DNA of 64,000 nt from Nitrospirota bacterium. GTDB lineage: Bacteria > Nitrospirota > UBA9217. Of this stretch, positions 29,067 to 41,601 are shown in pieces; within the stretch, counting starts at the first letter, position 1; every line of letters begins with the position of its first letter. A model generated the notes under the pieces. That model searched no databases. It was not told where the DNA came from and saw only the letters and a list, made by a program, of their open reading frames with translations. The stretch lies in NCBI GenBank assembly GCA_963796285.1, contig CAWCKW010000012.1:1632001-1696000 (forward strand), read 5' to 3'. The translations under genes and the position numbers were made by a program.

Positions 29067-31820
29067 ATGAAATCATTGTGCTGGTTTGCCGGGTGGTTCC
29101 TGATGATCATGCTTATCTCCCCGGTCCATGCGTCAGCTGGCTCCTATTCCGGGATGACGATAACCCGGATCGAGGTCAAGGACGACCGCGGCGAACCCTG
29201 GCCCAAACCCGGGCAAGTGCTGCCGCTCATCGTGGTGAAGCCGGGAGACCGCTTCTAACCGGCACTGCTGTCCGCGATGGGATCTCGACGCTCTATCTGA
29301 AAGGGATCTTTAAAGACATCCGGGTCGAGGCCTTCCCCGACGATGGCGGCGTGCGTCTCGAATATATCGTGACGCCGATCACGATCGTGGATACGATCTC
29401 CATCCATGGCAATAGCGCGGTGCCCACAGGCACGATCCTGGACATGCTCGCAAGTATCCAGGGGAAGGAACTGCACGAAGAGAAGCTGTCCGCGCTTAAG
29501 GCAGACCTCCTTGCCTATTACCAGTCAGAAGGGTTTTATGACGCGTCCGTGGCCTTCCGAAGCGAACCCCTCAAAGAACCGAATCTGGTTGCCCTCAATG
29601 TAGATATCCGGGAGTCGATTCCGACCCTTCTGTCAGACATCACCTTTTCCGGCAATACCGTGTTCAAGGATAAACAACTCCTCAGGGCCATGAAAAGCAA
29701 AAAAGGCTCGCGACTGAAACGCGAGCTCCTTCTGGACACGGACAAGGAAGCTATCCTGAAAAAATATTTGACGCGGGTTATCCGGTGGCGAAAGTCGGGC
29801 CGGTCGACATCGAGCTTCAAGGACTCTCGTGCATTCGTGCATATCCAGTGCGACGAGGGACCGCGTGTCATTACCCGGTTCACCGGCAACCGCGAATTCA
29901 GCGCCAAAACGCTTACGCAAAACCTGCTGATCTGGTCGGAGCATGACGTCTCGGACTCCGTCGTCGATAGCAGTGTTGATAAGATCAAGGCCCTGTACCG
30001 GGAAAAGGGTTATGCCGAGGTGGCAATAGACGTAATAAAAACAGAGCAACCGGGCCGGCTCGACCTGGAATTCAAAATCCAGGAAGGGCCACGGGTGACG
30101 GTGAAGGAGATCCCGGTCCTGGGAAACACCGTATTCACTGCCAAGGACATCAAAAAGCAGATGGCGCTGCGAGAATCCGGCTGGTTCAGATCACATCCCT
30201 TTCGGGAAGACCTCCTGGACAAGGACGTCGAAAACCTCCGCGATCGGTACCTTGATACCGGCTATTTGTCCGTGGCCGTGAAGCAAAAAACCGTCATGAG
30301 CAGCGACAAAAGCTCGGCATCAGTGATGATCGAGATCGTCGAAGGACCGCAGACCAGGACAGGCAGTATTACGTTTGAAGGGAACACCGCCTTCACCGCG
30401 GCAAAGCTGCTGGACACGGTAATCCTGAAACCGGGCACACCGTTCAACGAACGGCTTATAGACGAGGACAAATACCGGATCCTGATGGCGTACTCAAACA
30501 AGGCATACCTCTATGCCAGGGTGGATGTGGAAAAAACCCCTCATGACGGGACCGTCGACGTCCACTACCGGATCACCGAGGACCGTCCTGTCTCGATCGG
30601 CAGGATCATCCTGCGGGGGAACGTGCGGACCAGTGACGAGGTGATCATGCGCGAACTGCTGGTGAAAGAGGGGGACCCTTACGACTACGGGGCCCTCCTC
30701 ACGAGCCAGCAGCGGATCTACCATTTCGGCTATTTCCGGGTGGCCAGGTTCGATCCCGTTCATCCCGGCGAAAAGGAATACATTACAGACATGCTGTTCA
30801 CGGTCGAAGAAAGACCTGCGGGCGCCGTGGAGTTCAGCGTGGGCTACGGCAGACCTGGACCGGCTCCGGGGTTCCGTGGAGGTCTCGTACCGGAACCTCT
30901 GGGGCACGGCACGGTACGCGAGCCTTCGGTACGAGCAGAGCGACATCCTCAAGCGCGCGATCTTTAATTTTCAGCAACCCTGGATCCTGGGCCATAAACT
31001 CGAGAACAAGTTCAGCCTCGTGTGGTCTGATTCCGAGAAGCTGAACTCCGACACCCGCGAGATCTATTATAAATCGCGCAAAACAGTTGCCTCCTTCGGA
31101 GTTGAAAAGACCTTCAAGAATCTGACGCCTTCCCTGACGTACCAGTTCGAGAATGTCGTCAACTATGACGTGCTGCAGGCGGCTGAGCTCACCACTGAGG
31201 ACAGCGGCCGCGTGCTGGTGAGCAGTCTGAGTCCTGCCCTGGTCTGGGACCTGCGCGACGATGTATTCAACCCGAAGAGAGGGGCGCTCTACGGGATCAT
31301 TCTGAAGGAGGCTTTGCGGGAGCTGTGGTCGCAGGCGGACTTCTCAAAACTCACCGTCCAGGGAAGCTGGTTCCTGCCGATCGATACCGCGGTGCTCGCT
31401 TTATCAGTACGTGCAGGAATGGCATGGCCCTTCCGCGATACAATCGAAGTCCCGCTCCACGAGCGGTTCTATGCGGGCGGCAGCACCACGGTGCGGGGCT
31501 TCACCCAGGACTCCATCGGCCCGAGCGGCGTCGATGCGAACGGGAACCTGATCCCGACGGGAGGATCGAGCATGATAGTACTGAATGTGGAACTCCGTCT
31601 GAATCCCGGAGAGGGATTCGGCGTCGTCCTCTTTTGCGATGCCGGTAATGTGTGGGTGTCACAAGAGATCGACGTTGGAAACCTCCGTTCCGCGTGCGGC
31701 CCAGGGATCCGGTACGGCACACCCGTCGGCCCCCTGAGGATCGACTACGGACAGAAGACGCACCGGCTTCCCGGGGAAAGTCCGGGAGAACTTCATTTCA
31801 ATATCGGCAATACGTTCTGA
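29067..31820 (+). CDS. BamA/TamA (Omp85) outer-membrane assembly factor with POTRA domains (frameshifted)
   Basis: Repeated F.GN POTRA motifs, ERFYAGGSTTVRGF, TPVGPLRIDYG, terminal F. Confidence 0.9.
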
Positions 31821-31937
31821 CAGGAGATTACGCAGTACAAAGTTCAAAAAATTCAGCGTGGCCCTCTTCTTGGCCATTGTGGGAACAACTGCCGTTCTGA
31901 GGGTTAAATCCATGAGATTTGTGGAATCGGAGATCAC

Positions 31938-32573
31938 ATGAGCAGAATGCTTCATTGGGGTATACTGACAGCTCTCCTTGTCATCGCCCTCCTGTTCCCC
32001 TTCGCCCTTCAGGCGGAACTCGTGGACCGCATCGTTGCCACGGTCAATACCGACGTCATCACCGCGAGCGAGCTCAGCGCTGCGGTAGCGCTCAACCAGC
32101 GGCTCGGCAACGCCGATAAGGACCGGACAGCCCTGGAGGCAACAACCCTCGAGGGTCTTATCAACCGCAGGCTGCTCGTCCAGGAGGCACATCGGCTCAA
32201 GTTCGTTGAAGTATCGGAACAGGATATCGGCGCAGAGGTCGAAAATGTCGTGAAACGATTCGCTTCGGAAAAGGAATTCAGCGATTTTCTGGCGGGGCTG
32301 GACATGACCCGTCAGGAACTTGCCCGCATGCTCGGCGAGCAGCTTCTGGCCGAGCGGTTTGTGGAAAAGAAGGTCGGACTGTTTGTGCGGGTGAGTCGGG
32401 AAGAGGAAGAGAGTTATTTCAACGGGCATGCCGCGGAGTTCAAGGACAAGCGTTTCCCGGATGTCCAGAAAATGATCCTCGCCCTTCTGACGGAACAAAA
32501 GATGGGGTTACAGCTTACCCAGTATCTGGCGGAACTCCGCGGAAGAGCGGACATCAGGATCAGCGCGCGCTGA
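31938..32573 (+). CDS. SurA N-terminal domain protein
   Basis: LVDRIVATVNTDVIT..EL, LINRRLLVQEA, LRGRADIRI. Confidence 0.8.
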   Translation: MSRMLHWGILTALLVIALLFPFALQAELVDRIVATVNTDVITASELSAAVALNQRLGNADKDRTALEATTLEGLINRRLLVQEAHRLKFVEVSEQDIGAEVENVVKRFASEKEFSDFLAGLDMTRQELARMLGEQLLAERFVEKKVGLFVRVSREEEESYFNGHAAEFKDKRFPDVQKMILALLTEQKMGLQLTQYLAELRGRADIRISAR

Positions 32574-32684
32574 CTGGGTTGCGCTGGTACCGCGGCAGGC
32601 CACAGAGCGCATTTTTACAGCAGGATCGGTTGACATCACAACAATGATTGTGCTATGGTAGAAACACCAAGAGAGGAGGAGGCA

Positions 32685-33143
32685 ATGACGTATAATCGAT
32701 CATTGATCTATGTTCTCACCGCCATGCTGAGCATGGCCGCTGCACCGGCATTTCCTGCGGAGGAGGTCTTCGACACTGCAACAGCTTCAAGACACCTGGA
32801 ACAGGGTATTTCCCATTTAAAAGCAAAAGATTTTGATGCGGCAATAACCGAATTCGATGAGGCCGCCTCGATCTCGCCGGAAGCAGAAGCCTACTATTAC
32901 CTCGGGTACGCGTACTATATGAAAAGCAAAAAAAGTGACGGGGAAAATCGGCAAAGGGCTTTGGAAAATTTCGACCGGGCGTACGAGATAGACCCGAACT
33001 TTTCACCGACCCGGTTCAAACCGTCCGAACCGGCCCCGCAACAGACCACCGACACCTGCGCGGGTTGCCGAGCCTGTTGCACCGCAGCCGGATGCGCCAC
33101 AAGCCCCGACTCCGGAACAGCCAAAACCATAAGGACAGGTTAA
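32685..33143 (+). CDS. Exported TPR protein
   Basis: GGAGG RBS, signal peptide, AEAYYYLGYAYY, AYEIDP; C-terminus possibly frameshifted. Confidence 0.75.
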   Translation: MTYNRSLIYVLTAMLSMAAAPAFPAEEVFDTATASRHLEQGISHLKAKDFDAAITEFDEAASISPEAEAYYYLGYAYYMKSKKSDGENRQRALENFDRAYEIDPNFSPTRFKPSEPAPQQTTDTCAGCRACCTAAGCATSPDSGTAKTIRTG

Positions 33144-33156
33144 GAACACTGTTCAT

Positions 33157-33192
33157 AAAAAAAGCCACCGGTCGAAACCGGTGGCTTTTTTT
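33157..33192. terminator. Bidirectional intrinsic terminator
   Basis: A7-GCCACCGGT CGAA ACCGGTGGC-T7 between convergent genes. Confidence 0.9.
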
Positions 33193-33242
33193 GAGGAACA
33201 GCGAGCATGTCTCCCCTGCGCTCGAAACATTGAACAGTCGCC

Positions 33243-34010
33243 CTACTCCATTCCCCCGGCCAGGTCCTGCATAAGCTGCCTGTTGATGAACGACCGGATC
33301 ATTGCCCGGTCCTCAGGCTTGATATGCGTAAATTTGATCCCCATGCCGGGGGTCCGAAGCGGCCCTTCACCGCTCTTGTAACTGTGAAGGACCGTCCCCA
33401 CCACCCTGATCACGTATTTTTGTAAAAAAATGGAAAACGGCATCTCGGTTCCGGCCATCCTCGGGTTGAGCGTGCTGACGTACATGCCATTCTCCGATAG
33501 TGCCGTCAGGCAATCAATGGGTGAACCATCGGCAGCGGCCTCATTGTCCACGATAACGCTCAGACAGACGCTCAGCCGGATATATCTGCGCGGCGTGATC
33601 TCCGCCGCTTTCTGAATGGTTGCGAACAACGCATCCGGCTCGGCAGGTTTGCTGAGAAACGCAGCACCCCCGTGGCGCAGACATGTTTCCTTCACTGAGG
33701 GATCTGATGACGAGGTGTAGCATATGACCGGAACCACCTGCGTATCCGTATTCTGTTTCATCCTGTTCATGAGTTCAAGTCCGCTCATTGCCGGCAGCGT
33801 CACGTCTGTCAGAACGAGCGAGGGCAGGGTGATGCTCATGATCTCCAGAGCATCTTCGGCCATCTTCGTCGTATAAATATTATAACCAAGCCGTTGCAGC
33901 AGAATACCGGTAGTGTAGAGTTGCGTGGCATCACCGTCGACAACAATGAGAAGCCGTTTTTTTCTTTCCTCTATTAACTGTTCCGAATCATGGGTCATTG
34001 TTTCGACCAT
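33243..34010 (-). CDS. Response regulator with C-terminal PilZ-like domain
   Basis: REC (VLTDVTLP, FLSKP) followed by PRRYIR...LSENG...GMGIKF. Confidence 0.8.
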   Translation of the reverse strand: MVETMTHDSEQLIEERKKRLLIVVDGDATQLYTTGILLQRLGYNIYTTKMAEDALEIMSITLPSLVLTDVTLPAMSGLELMNRMKQNTDTQVVPVICYTSSSDPSVKETCLRHGGAAFLSKPAEPDALFATIQKAAEITPRRYIRLSVCLSVIVDNEAAADGSPIDCLTALSENGMYVSTLNPRMAGTEMPFSIFLQKYVIRVVGTVLHSYKSGEGPLRTPGMGIKFTHIKPEDRAMIRSFINRQLMQDLAGGME

Positions 34011-34062
34011 GGCACGTTCCTTCGCTCCTTTCACCCTGATGCCAGGACGTACACGAAGACGA

Positions 34063-34342
34063 TCACCCGCACGTTTTCAATTCAACCTCTGCCAGGTACC
34101 GCAGTGCATGCTCCCGGTCCATTCCGCATGATTCCGATGCCCGATAGGACAGGCACACCGCCGGCCGATCGGGTCTGCCGTACAATTCGCACTGGTTGTC
34201 CGGCGACAGTTGTACGCACCTGACCCCTGCCGGCTTTCCATCCGGCATACCGGGGATCCTGTGACGAAAGCGACGGCGCGATGCAACACGCGCCGCACCC
34301 GATGCGGCAGGAAATGATCTCATTCGCGGCAGTCATCTTCAT
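34063..34342 (-). CDS. YkgJ-family cysteine-cluster protein (frameshifted)
   Basis: CRIGCGACCIAPS / IPGMPDGKPAGVRCVQL..NQC..RPAVC. Confidence 0.8.
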
Positions 34343-34468
34343 GATTGTGTATGCGCCCAACCGCGAGCATGGCGACAGGCGGCAGATCCATCGGCGTGGC
34401 CGTCGTCATGATAAATCCCTCATCCCGCGCCAGCGCCGGGATAAGGAAATGCGATCGGCACGCGATAG

Positions 34469-34684
34469 TTATTTTCTTTCCGCCCGTTCCCGTTTCCTGC
34501 GCACGGTTATGCTCTCGCCGCCGATCCCCCAACTGTCGGTATCGACTTCCTCAATGACCACGACCGTGGTTTGCGGGTCCTTGCCGAGGACGTCCCTGAG
34601 CAGGTTCGTCACTCCCTGAATGAGCTGCGTTTTCTGCCCGGTCGTGGCGCCTTCTCTGGTAATCTTGATGTTTACGTACGGCAT
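34469..34684 (-). CDS. 4-oxalocrotonate tautomerase family protein
   Basis: MPYVNIKIT (Pro-1), WGIGG. Confidence 0.9.
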   Translation of the reverse strand: MPYVNIKITREGATTGQKTQLIQGVTNLLRDVLGKDPQTTVVVIEEVDTDSWGIGGESITVRRKRERAERK

Positions 34685-34767
34685 TGACACCTCCCGCTAT
34701 TCCTCATTCGGCAGTCTGCCCTCGTTTCCCTGTCTCCTCAGCTTCTTTCCCCCGACCTTTACGGGCC

Positions 34768-35379
34768 CTAAATCGGCAACCTGATTTTATATCGTATGGC
34801 AAGCATCCGCAAGAGAAAGGTGACGGAGATACAGGAGATGACCGCCACGATCTCATTTGCGCTCGTTTTGATAATAAGGAGATAGGTCAAGGCGCCCACA
34901 AAGGCGCAGGTCGCATACAACTCGGTTCTCGTGAACACGTACGGGATCTCGTTGCAGATGATGTCCCGCATCACCCCGCCGAAAACGCCCGTCGTTACCC
35001 CGATCAGCACCGACACGAACACATGATACCCGAAGGCGTTCGCGAGCGACGCGCCGGAGGCGCTGAAGAGCCCCAGGCCGAGCGCATCCAGCACTAAAAT
35101 GAACATTACGACGCCCTTGCGGTTCAGGACGTCCTTGATCACAACGATCGAAAGGACCGACAGCACCAGGAGGAGAAACGGGTACCAGTAGTGCTCTGCC
35201 CAGAACAGCGGGCGGCGGTCCAGGATGATGTCGCGCAGCGAACCGCCTCCGAAGGCCGTGATCATGCTGACGAAATAGACGCCGACGATGTCCATCCCCT
35301 TCTTCCGGGCCTGGTAAATTCCCGTAAGCGCAAAAGCGATGATGCCGAGTATCTCGATCGTTTTAATGAGCGTATTCAT
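34768..35379 (-). CDS. TRIC/YadS-family membrane protein
   Basis: TAFGGGSLRDII, DALGLGLFS, GVFGGVMRDII. Confidence 0.9.
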   Translation of the reverse strand: MNTLIKTIEILGIIAFALTGIYQARKKGMDIVGVYFVSMITAFGGGSLRDIILDRRPLFWAEHYWYPFLLLVLSVLSIVVIKDVLNRKGVVMFILVLDALGLGLFSASGASLANAFGYHVFVSVLIGVTTGVFGGVMRDIICNEIPYVFTRTELYATCAFVGALTYLLIIKTSANEIVAVISCISVTFLLRMLAIRYKIRLPI

Positions 35380-35438
35380 GGGCGCAATGGACGTATCCCG
35401 CGGCTGAGCATTTGGGCGCAGTGTCGCTCTTTCTCCCG

Positions 35439-36884
<1,446 letters not shown>

Positions 36885-36896
36885 AAGATTAACCCC

Positions 36897-36971
36897 GCAT
36901 TGCGCAGAGCGCATAAGGCATGGTTTGCTCTCGCTCTCTGCTCTCTGCTCTCTCGCTCTCTCGCTCTCTGC
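36897..36971. repeat. 7/8-bp-period repeat between ntrB and ntrC
   Basis: GCATTGC GCAGAGC GCATAAG ... (GCTCTCT[C])x5. Confidence 0.7.
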
Positions 36972-36975
36972 AGTT

Positions 36976-38076
36976 TCATCCCGCCAGCGGAAGATACACG
37001 CTGAACGTCGTGCCTTCGTTCTCATGGCTCTCGACGCGGATCGTCCCCAGATGTTCCTGCACGATCTGGTAGGAGAGCGCCAGGCCCAGCCCCACGCCCC
37101 GGTCCTTGGTCGTGAAAAAGGGGGTGAAAATGTCCTGCAAGTGCTCCTGCTTGATGCCGGGACCGGTGTCGCTCACCTTCACGACCATGAGCTGGTGTTT
37201 TTTCCCGTCAGCCTGCACGGTCGTGAACAGGTCCGACACCCTCGTCATGACCGTGAGCTTCCCGCCCTTCGGCATGGCCTCTACGGCGTTCTTGATGATG
37301 TTCAGGAACACCTGGACAAGCTGGTCCTCGTTGCCCGTGATGTCCGGCAGACTCGGATCGTACATCCGGGAAAGGACCACGCCGCTCTGCTTCGCGTTCT
37401 CCTCGTTCAACAACAGCACCCGGTCGAGGATGCTGTGGATATTGTGGTCCTTCATCTCGCGGGACTTGAGCCGCGTGAAATCGAGGATCCCCTCCAGCAC
37501 GTTGTTCAGCCGGTCCGCTTCCTTCAGGATCACGTCAAGATATTCATCGAAGCCCTTGCCGGTGCCGGTGCGGAGCTCCGACTGCATGAGCTGCGCCGCT
37601 CCCCGGATGCCCACGAGCGGGTTCTTGACCTCATGGGCAATGCCCGCAGCGATCGTCCCGAGCGTGGCCAGCCGGTCCGATCTTCGCATGCGCTCCTTGA
37701 GGTCCCTGACGCCGGACTGGTCCCGGATTGTCAGGATCACCCCGAGGGGCATGCCATCGTCGTCCATCAGCACGCTCGTCACCAGGCCCACCGGGCGCAG
37801 AGGCCCATGCTTCACAACGAGATCCGCCTCGTAATCCGAATAGGACCGTCCGGAGGCGAGTGTTTTTTCGATCAGACCAACCACTGCCGGGTTGTCGGAA
37901 AGCGCGGCATTCACGCTCTTCCCGATGGCGTCAGCGCCCGCGATGCCGGTCATCTCCTCGGCAGCGCGGTTCCAGATAATGACCCGGTTGGCGGCATCGG
38001 TCACGATCACGCCGTCAATGATACCGGTCAGAATGTCCGCGGTCAGTTCCTGTATGCGGGGCGAGAGCGACTCCAT
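36976..38076 (-). CDS. ntrB: PAS-domain sensor histidine kinase NtrB-type
   Basis: AHEVKNPLVGIRGAAQL, YDPSLP, QVFLNIIKNA, DTGPG, GVGLGL. Confidence 0.85.
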   Translation of the reverse strand: MESLSPRIQELTADILTGIIDGVIVTDAANRVIIWNRAAEEMTGIAGADAIGKSVNAALSDNPAVVGLIEKTLASGRSYSDYEADLVVKHGPLRPVGLVTSVLMDDDGMPLGVILTIRDQSGVRDLKERMRRSDRLATLGTIAAGIAHEVKNPLVGIRGAAQLMQSELRTGTGKGFDEYLDVILKEADRLNNVLEGILDFTRLKSREMKDHNIHSILDRVLLLNEENAKQSGVVLSRMYDPSLPDITGNEDQLVQVFLNIIKNAVEAMPKGGKLTVMTRVSDLFTTVQADGKKHQLMVVKVSDTGPGIKQEHLQDIFTPFFTTKDRGVGLGLALSYQIVQEHLGTIRVESHENEGTTFSVYLPLAG

Positions 38077-38134
38077 GCTTATTGATAGCACAATATATTT
38101 GAGTATTCAAGCGATTTCATGGTAAAGTACTGGT

Positions 38135-38215
38135 CCGATTTCGGATTGCGGAATGAACTGCAAAGCAAGAAAGTCGGCTTTTTCAATCCGCAATCTGCAT
38201 TCCGAAATCCGCAAT
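38135..38215. repeat. 7-bp-period inverted repeat element
   Basis: CCGATTT CGGATTG CGGAATG ... CAATCCG CAATCTG CATTCCG AAATCCG. Confidence 0.8.
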
Positions 38216-38223
38216 GCATTTCT

Positions 38224-39126
38224 ATGCTCAACTCCAAGCTCATACTCGTGTCCGTCATCTGGGGCGTGAACTTCGCTTTTGTCAAGTACGCCCTCGCCGA
38301 CTTCCTGCCCCTGAGCTTTACGATCGTGCGGTTCTCGCTCGCAGCGCTGTTTCTCTTCCTGGTCATGCTCATACGTCGCGAGTCTCTTGCCCTTGAACGC
38401 CGTGATCTCGGTGCGATCATCAAGCTCGGCATCATCGGGATCACGCTGTACAATCTTCTTTTCATGGAGGGGCTCAACAATACCACGGCCTCGAACTCGG
38501 CCCTGTTCATCTCGTCCTCGCCGCTCTTCGCTGTGCTCATCCTCTCGCTGTCAAAAAGGGAGCGCATTCATGCGCATATCGCTGCGAGTCTGGCGCTGGC
38601 AACACTCGGGGTCTTTCTTATCATCCAGGACAAGTCCGGCGGCCTCAGTTTCTCCCGCCGCGATCTCGCCGGCGACCTGCTCACCATCTGCGCAGCCGCA
38701 TTCTGGGCGCTTTACACCGTAAAGGCCGGTCCGCTGCTCGAAAAATATTCCGCCCTCAAGGTCACGGCGTACAGCATGGCAGCGGGGACCGTGTTGCTTC
38801 TGCCGATCGGCTCGTACGAGCTCCTGCATCAGCCCTGGGGTACCGTGTCGGTCCGGTCCTGGGCTGCGTTAGCGTTCTCCGCATTCATCTCCGGCGGGGT
38901 CGGCTTCACCCTCTGGTACCAGGGAGTGCAAAAGATCGGCGTCACCCGCACGATCGTGTACCATTACATCGTGCCCTTTGTGGCCGTGCTTTTTGCGGCC
39001 CTGTTCCTGGGAGAACGGATCACCTTTCCCCAGATCGCCGGCGGCATATCCATTCTCGCCGGTGTGTATCTGGTGCAGAGGAAAACACCCGAAGGTGTGA
39101 AGGGTGAACGGCAGGACGCTCGGTAA
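38224..39126 (+). CDS. DMT/EamA family transporter
   Basis: IWGVNF, RFSLA, GDLLTICAAAFWALY, LGERIT; about ten TM helices. Confidence 0.9.
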   Translation: MLNSKLILVSVIWGVNFAFVKYALADFLPLSFTIVRFSLAALFLFLVMLIRRESLALERRDLGAIIKLGIIGITLYNLLFMEGLNNTTASNSALFISSSPLFAVLILSLSKRERIHAHIAASLALATLGVFLIIQDKSGGLSFSRRDLAGDLLTICAAAFWALYTVKAGPLLEKYSALKVTAYSMAAGTVLLLPIGSYELLHQPWGTVSVRSWAALAFSAFISGGVGFTLWYQGVQKIGVTRTIVYHYIVPFVAVLFAALFLGERITFPQIAGGISILAGVYLVQRKTPEGVKGERQDAR

Positions 39127-39185
39127 TGCATACTCATTTGCCCCAAGGATTCCTGATCGCGTTCCCGCCTTTCCGCTATATCGCC

Positions 39186-40541
39186 CTAACGTGTATACCC
39201 CGCCTCTCCATGCTGGCTGATATCAAGGCCTTCGGTCTCCTGCTCCGCGTCGACCCTGAGCCCGATTACCATATCGATGATCTTGAACAGGCCCAGGCTG
39301 ACCGCAAATGAATAGACAGCGACCAGGGCAACAGATCCTATCTGTACGGCAAGCTGTTTCGGATTTCCGAAGAGCAGTCCGTTCGCGCCGGCAGCATTGA
39401 TGGCGACCGATGCAAAGACCCCGGCCATGATCGTCCCGAGTGTTCCTCCAACGCCATGCACGCCGAAGGCATCGAGCGAGTCGTCATATTTGAACTTGGT
39501 CTTGGCGTTCAGCGCGATATAACAGAGAACACCGGCTGCCATGCCAATGAAAAGAGCAGACATCGGGCCCACGAAACCGGCTGCCGGTGTGATCGTGGCA
39601 AGGCCGGCTATTGCGCCGGTCGCCGCGCCGAACATGGTCGGCTTTCCGCGGTGCATCCACTCGACAAAGGTCCAGGTGAGCGTTGCTGAAACAGCCGCCG
39701 TATGGGTAGTCACAAAAGCCATGGTCGCAAGCGATCCCGAGGACAGGGCGCTGCCGGCATTGAACCCGAACCACCCGAACCAGAGAAGTCCGGCCCCGAG
39801 CACGGTCATGGGCAGGTCATGAGGCGGCATATGCTCCTGCAAAAATCCCTTTCTCTTCCCTATATAGAGCGCGGCGGCAAGGGCGGAAAAGCCCGACGTA
39901 GCATGCACAACAATGCCGCCGGCAAAGTCAAGGACCCCAAGGTTTTTCAACCATCCGCCTGCGCCCCAGACCCAGTGGGCCACGGGATCGTACACGATCG
40001 TGGTCCAGGCCAGCGTAAACAGGAGAAACGAGGAGAATTTTATCCGTTCCGCAAACGCGCCGCTGATGAGCGCCGGCGTGATGACCGCGAACATCATCTG
40101 GTAGACCATGAATGCAAGGTGCGGCACGGTGGGCGCGTAATCCGCATTCGGCGTCAGGCCGACATTGCCCAGCCCTGCCCAACTCAGATTACCGATAACG
40201 CCGTTCACATCAGGACCGAAAGATAGCGAGTAACCAAAAAGGATCCATTGGATACTCACCAGTGCGATCGCGATGAAACTGTGCATGATCGTCCCGAGCA
40301 CGTTCTTGCTCCTCACCATCCCGCCGTAGAACAAGGCGAGGCCTGGCGTCATGAGCATGACCAGCGCCGTAGACATCAGGACCCAGGCTGTATCACCTGA
40401 GTCTATCTTTGCAATCGCTGTGCCAACGGGTGTAACAGTCGCTGTTGGTGAAATATCCTGTGCCATTGCTACAAGCGGTACGAGGACGAGCATGCAGAAC
40501 AGTAAAACCATAAAGAACCGATTTAACCTTCTTTCAACCAT
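39186..40541 (-). CDS. amtB: Ammonium transporter (copy 1)
   Basis: [42 protein letters not shown]. Confidence 0.96.
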   Translation of the reverse strand: MVERRLNRFFMVLLFCMLVLVPLVAMAQDISPTATVTPVGTAIAKIDSGDTAWVLMSTALVMLMTPGLALFYGGMVRSKNVLGTIMHSFIAIALVSIQWILFGYSLSFGPDVNGVIGNLSWAGLGNVGLTPNADYAPTVPHLAFMVYQMMFAVITPALISGAFAERIKFSSFLLFTLAWTTIVYDPVAHWVWGAGGWLKNLGVLDFAGGIVVHATSGFSALAAALYIGKRKGFLQEHMPPHDLPMTVLGAGLLWFGWFGFNAGSALSSGSLATMAFVTTHTAAVSATLTWTFVEWMHRGKPTMFGAATGAIAGLATITPAAGFVGPMSALFIGMAAGVLCYIALNAKTKFKYDDSLDAFGVHGVGGTLGTIMAGVFASVAINAAGANGLLFGNPKQLAVQIGSVALVAVYSFAVSLGLFKIIDMVIGLRVDAEQETEGLDISQHGEAGYTR

Positions 40542-40849
40542 TGAATCCCCTCCTCACTGAAATGATTATATTGTCCAAGATTTACCACAGAGCACACTGA
40601 GAGCGAATTGAAAATATGGAGAAAGTACTCCGTGGTCCCCCTTCTGTGCCCTTTTGTTCTTCGCTTTGCTTATTGTTTATTCATGTCATTTAATAAAAGA
40701 GAACACATATCATTTTATTGATAAAGAAGTACATTGTTGTTGGGTGTTCTTCAGCCATTTTTCAGTGCCTTCTTTATTTTCCTTTTTCGCTTCAAATTTT
40801 CATACTGCAGAAATGATTGCTTATCACGTAACCACTCGCCTCATTTAGT

Positions 40850-40865
40850 AGCAAGTGATATGCCA
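40850..40865 (-). promoter_or_regulatory. Sigma54 -24/-12 promoter of amt copy 1
   Basis: Minus strand TGGCATATCACTTGCT. Confidence 0.8.
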
Positions 40866-40958
40866 CACTTCGATCTGGCGGCAGTCGCGCAAATTATTTG
40901 ATTTTATTGCATAAATAGTATTGTTGCGCAGGGCTGTATTTTACGTAAGCATTTATTC

Positions 40959-40994
40959 AGATGATAAAATAGGCATGTGATTAATTAGTGGGCA
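40959..40994. promoter_or_regulatory. Tandem 17-bp candidate NtrC enhancer boxes
   Basis: AGATGATAAAATAGGCA-tg-TGATTAATTAGTGGGCA; same layout at 46655 and 61678. Confidence 0.6.
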
Positions 40995-41130
40995 TGCCTC
41001 ACGATTAATTATAAAGGCGAGGTATGATATCTCTCATATGCTCTTTCCCTTAGTTTATATATGATAAATGAAGTAAACCCTCCGATAAAATAGCAGAACT
41101 CGGCTGATACAAGTCTTCCTAAATTAATTA

Positions 41131-41159
41131 TTGACAAGTAATTATTATTATGATATAGT
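41131..41159 (+). promoter_or_regulatory. Sigma70 promoter with an overlapping Per/Fur-like box
   Basis: TTGACA-17 nt-TATAGT; the spacer contains TAATTATTATTA. Confidence 0.7.
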
Positions 41160-41183
41160 CATTCCAATTTAAACGATCGCCAA

Positions 41184-41576
41184 ATGGAAAAATACAGGCA
41201 CATAGGTTTTAAGCTGACTCCCCAGCGGATCGCTATCCTCGACTATCTTGAGGGGAATAAAGATCATCCTTCCGTTGATGATATTTATAAGGCAGTATCA
41301 GAAAAATTCACGACCATGTCGCTTGCCACTGTTTACACGACGCTGGCTGCGCTTAAAGAACTGGGAAACGTGCTCGAGCTGACCGTAGATCCGGATAAAA
41401 AACGGTATGACCCGACAACGGAGAGCCATAATCACATGATCTGTATTTCCTGCAAACGGATCGTTGATATCCCCGGTGAAAACCAGCTCGATCTTTCTGA
41501 AATTGCAAGGCAGAATTTTACGGTGATCAAGAGTCATCTCGAGGTCCACGGGCTCTGCCCGGAATGTAAAAAATAA
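41184..41576 (+). CDS. Fur-family regulator, PerR-like
   Basis: LTPQRIAIL, HPSVDDIY, LATVY, HNHMICISC, CPEC; leads a SOD/rubrerythrin cluster. Confidence 0.9.
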   Translation: MEKYRHIGFKLTPQRIAILDYLEGNKDHPSVDDIYKAVSEKFTTMSLATVYTTLAALKELGNVLELTVDPDKKRYDPTTESHNHMICISCKRIVDIPGENQLDLSEIARQNFTVIKSHLEVHGLCPECKK

Positions 41577-41601
41577 AATAAAATGATAAAGGAGGCTGTA
41601 C

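Noticed and set aside
40560-40850. Long AT-rich leader of amt copy 1 as an sRNA or leader peptide
   Set aside because: No convincing ORF or structure beyond a degenerate repeat copy
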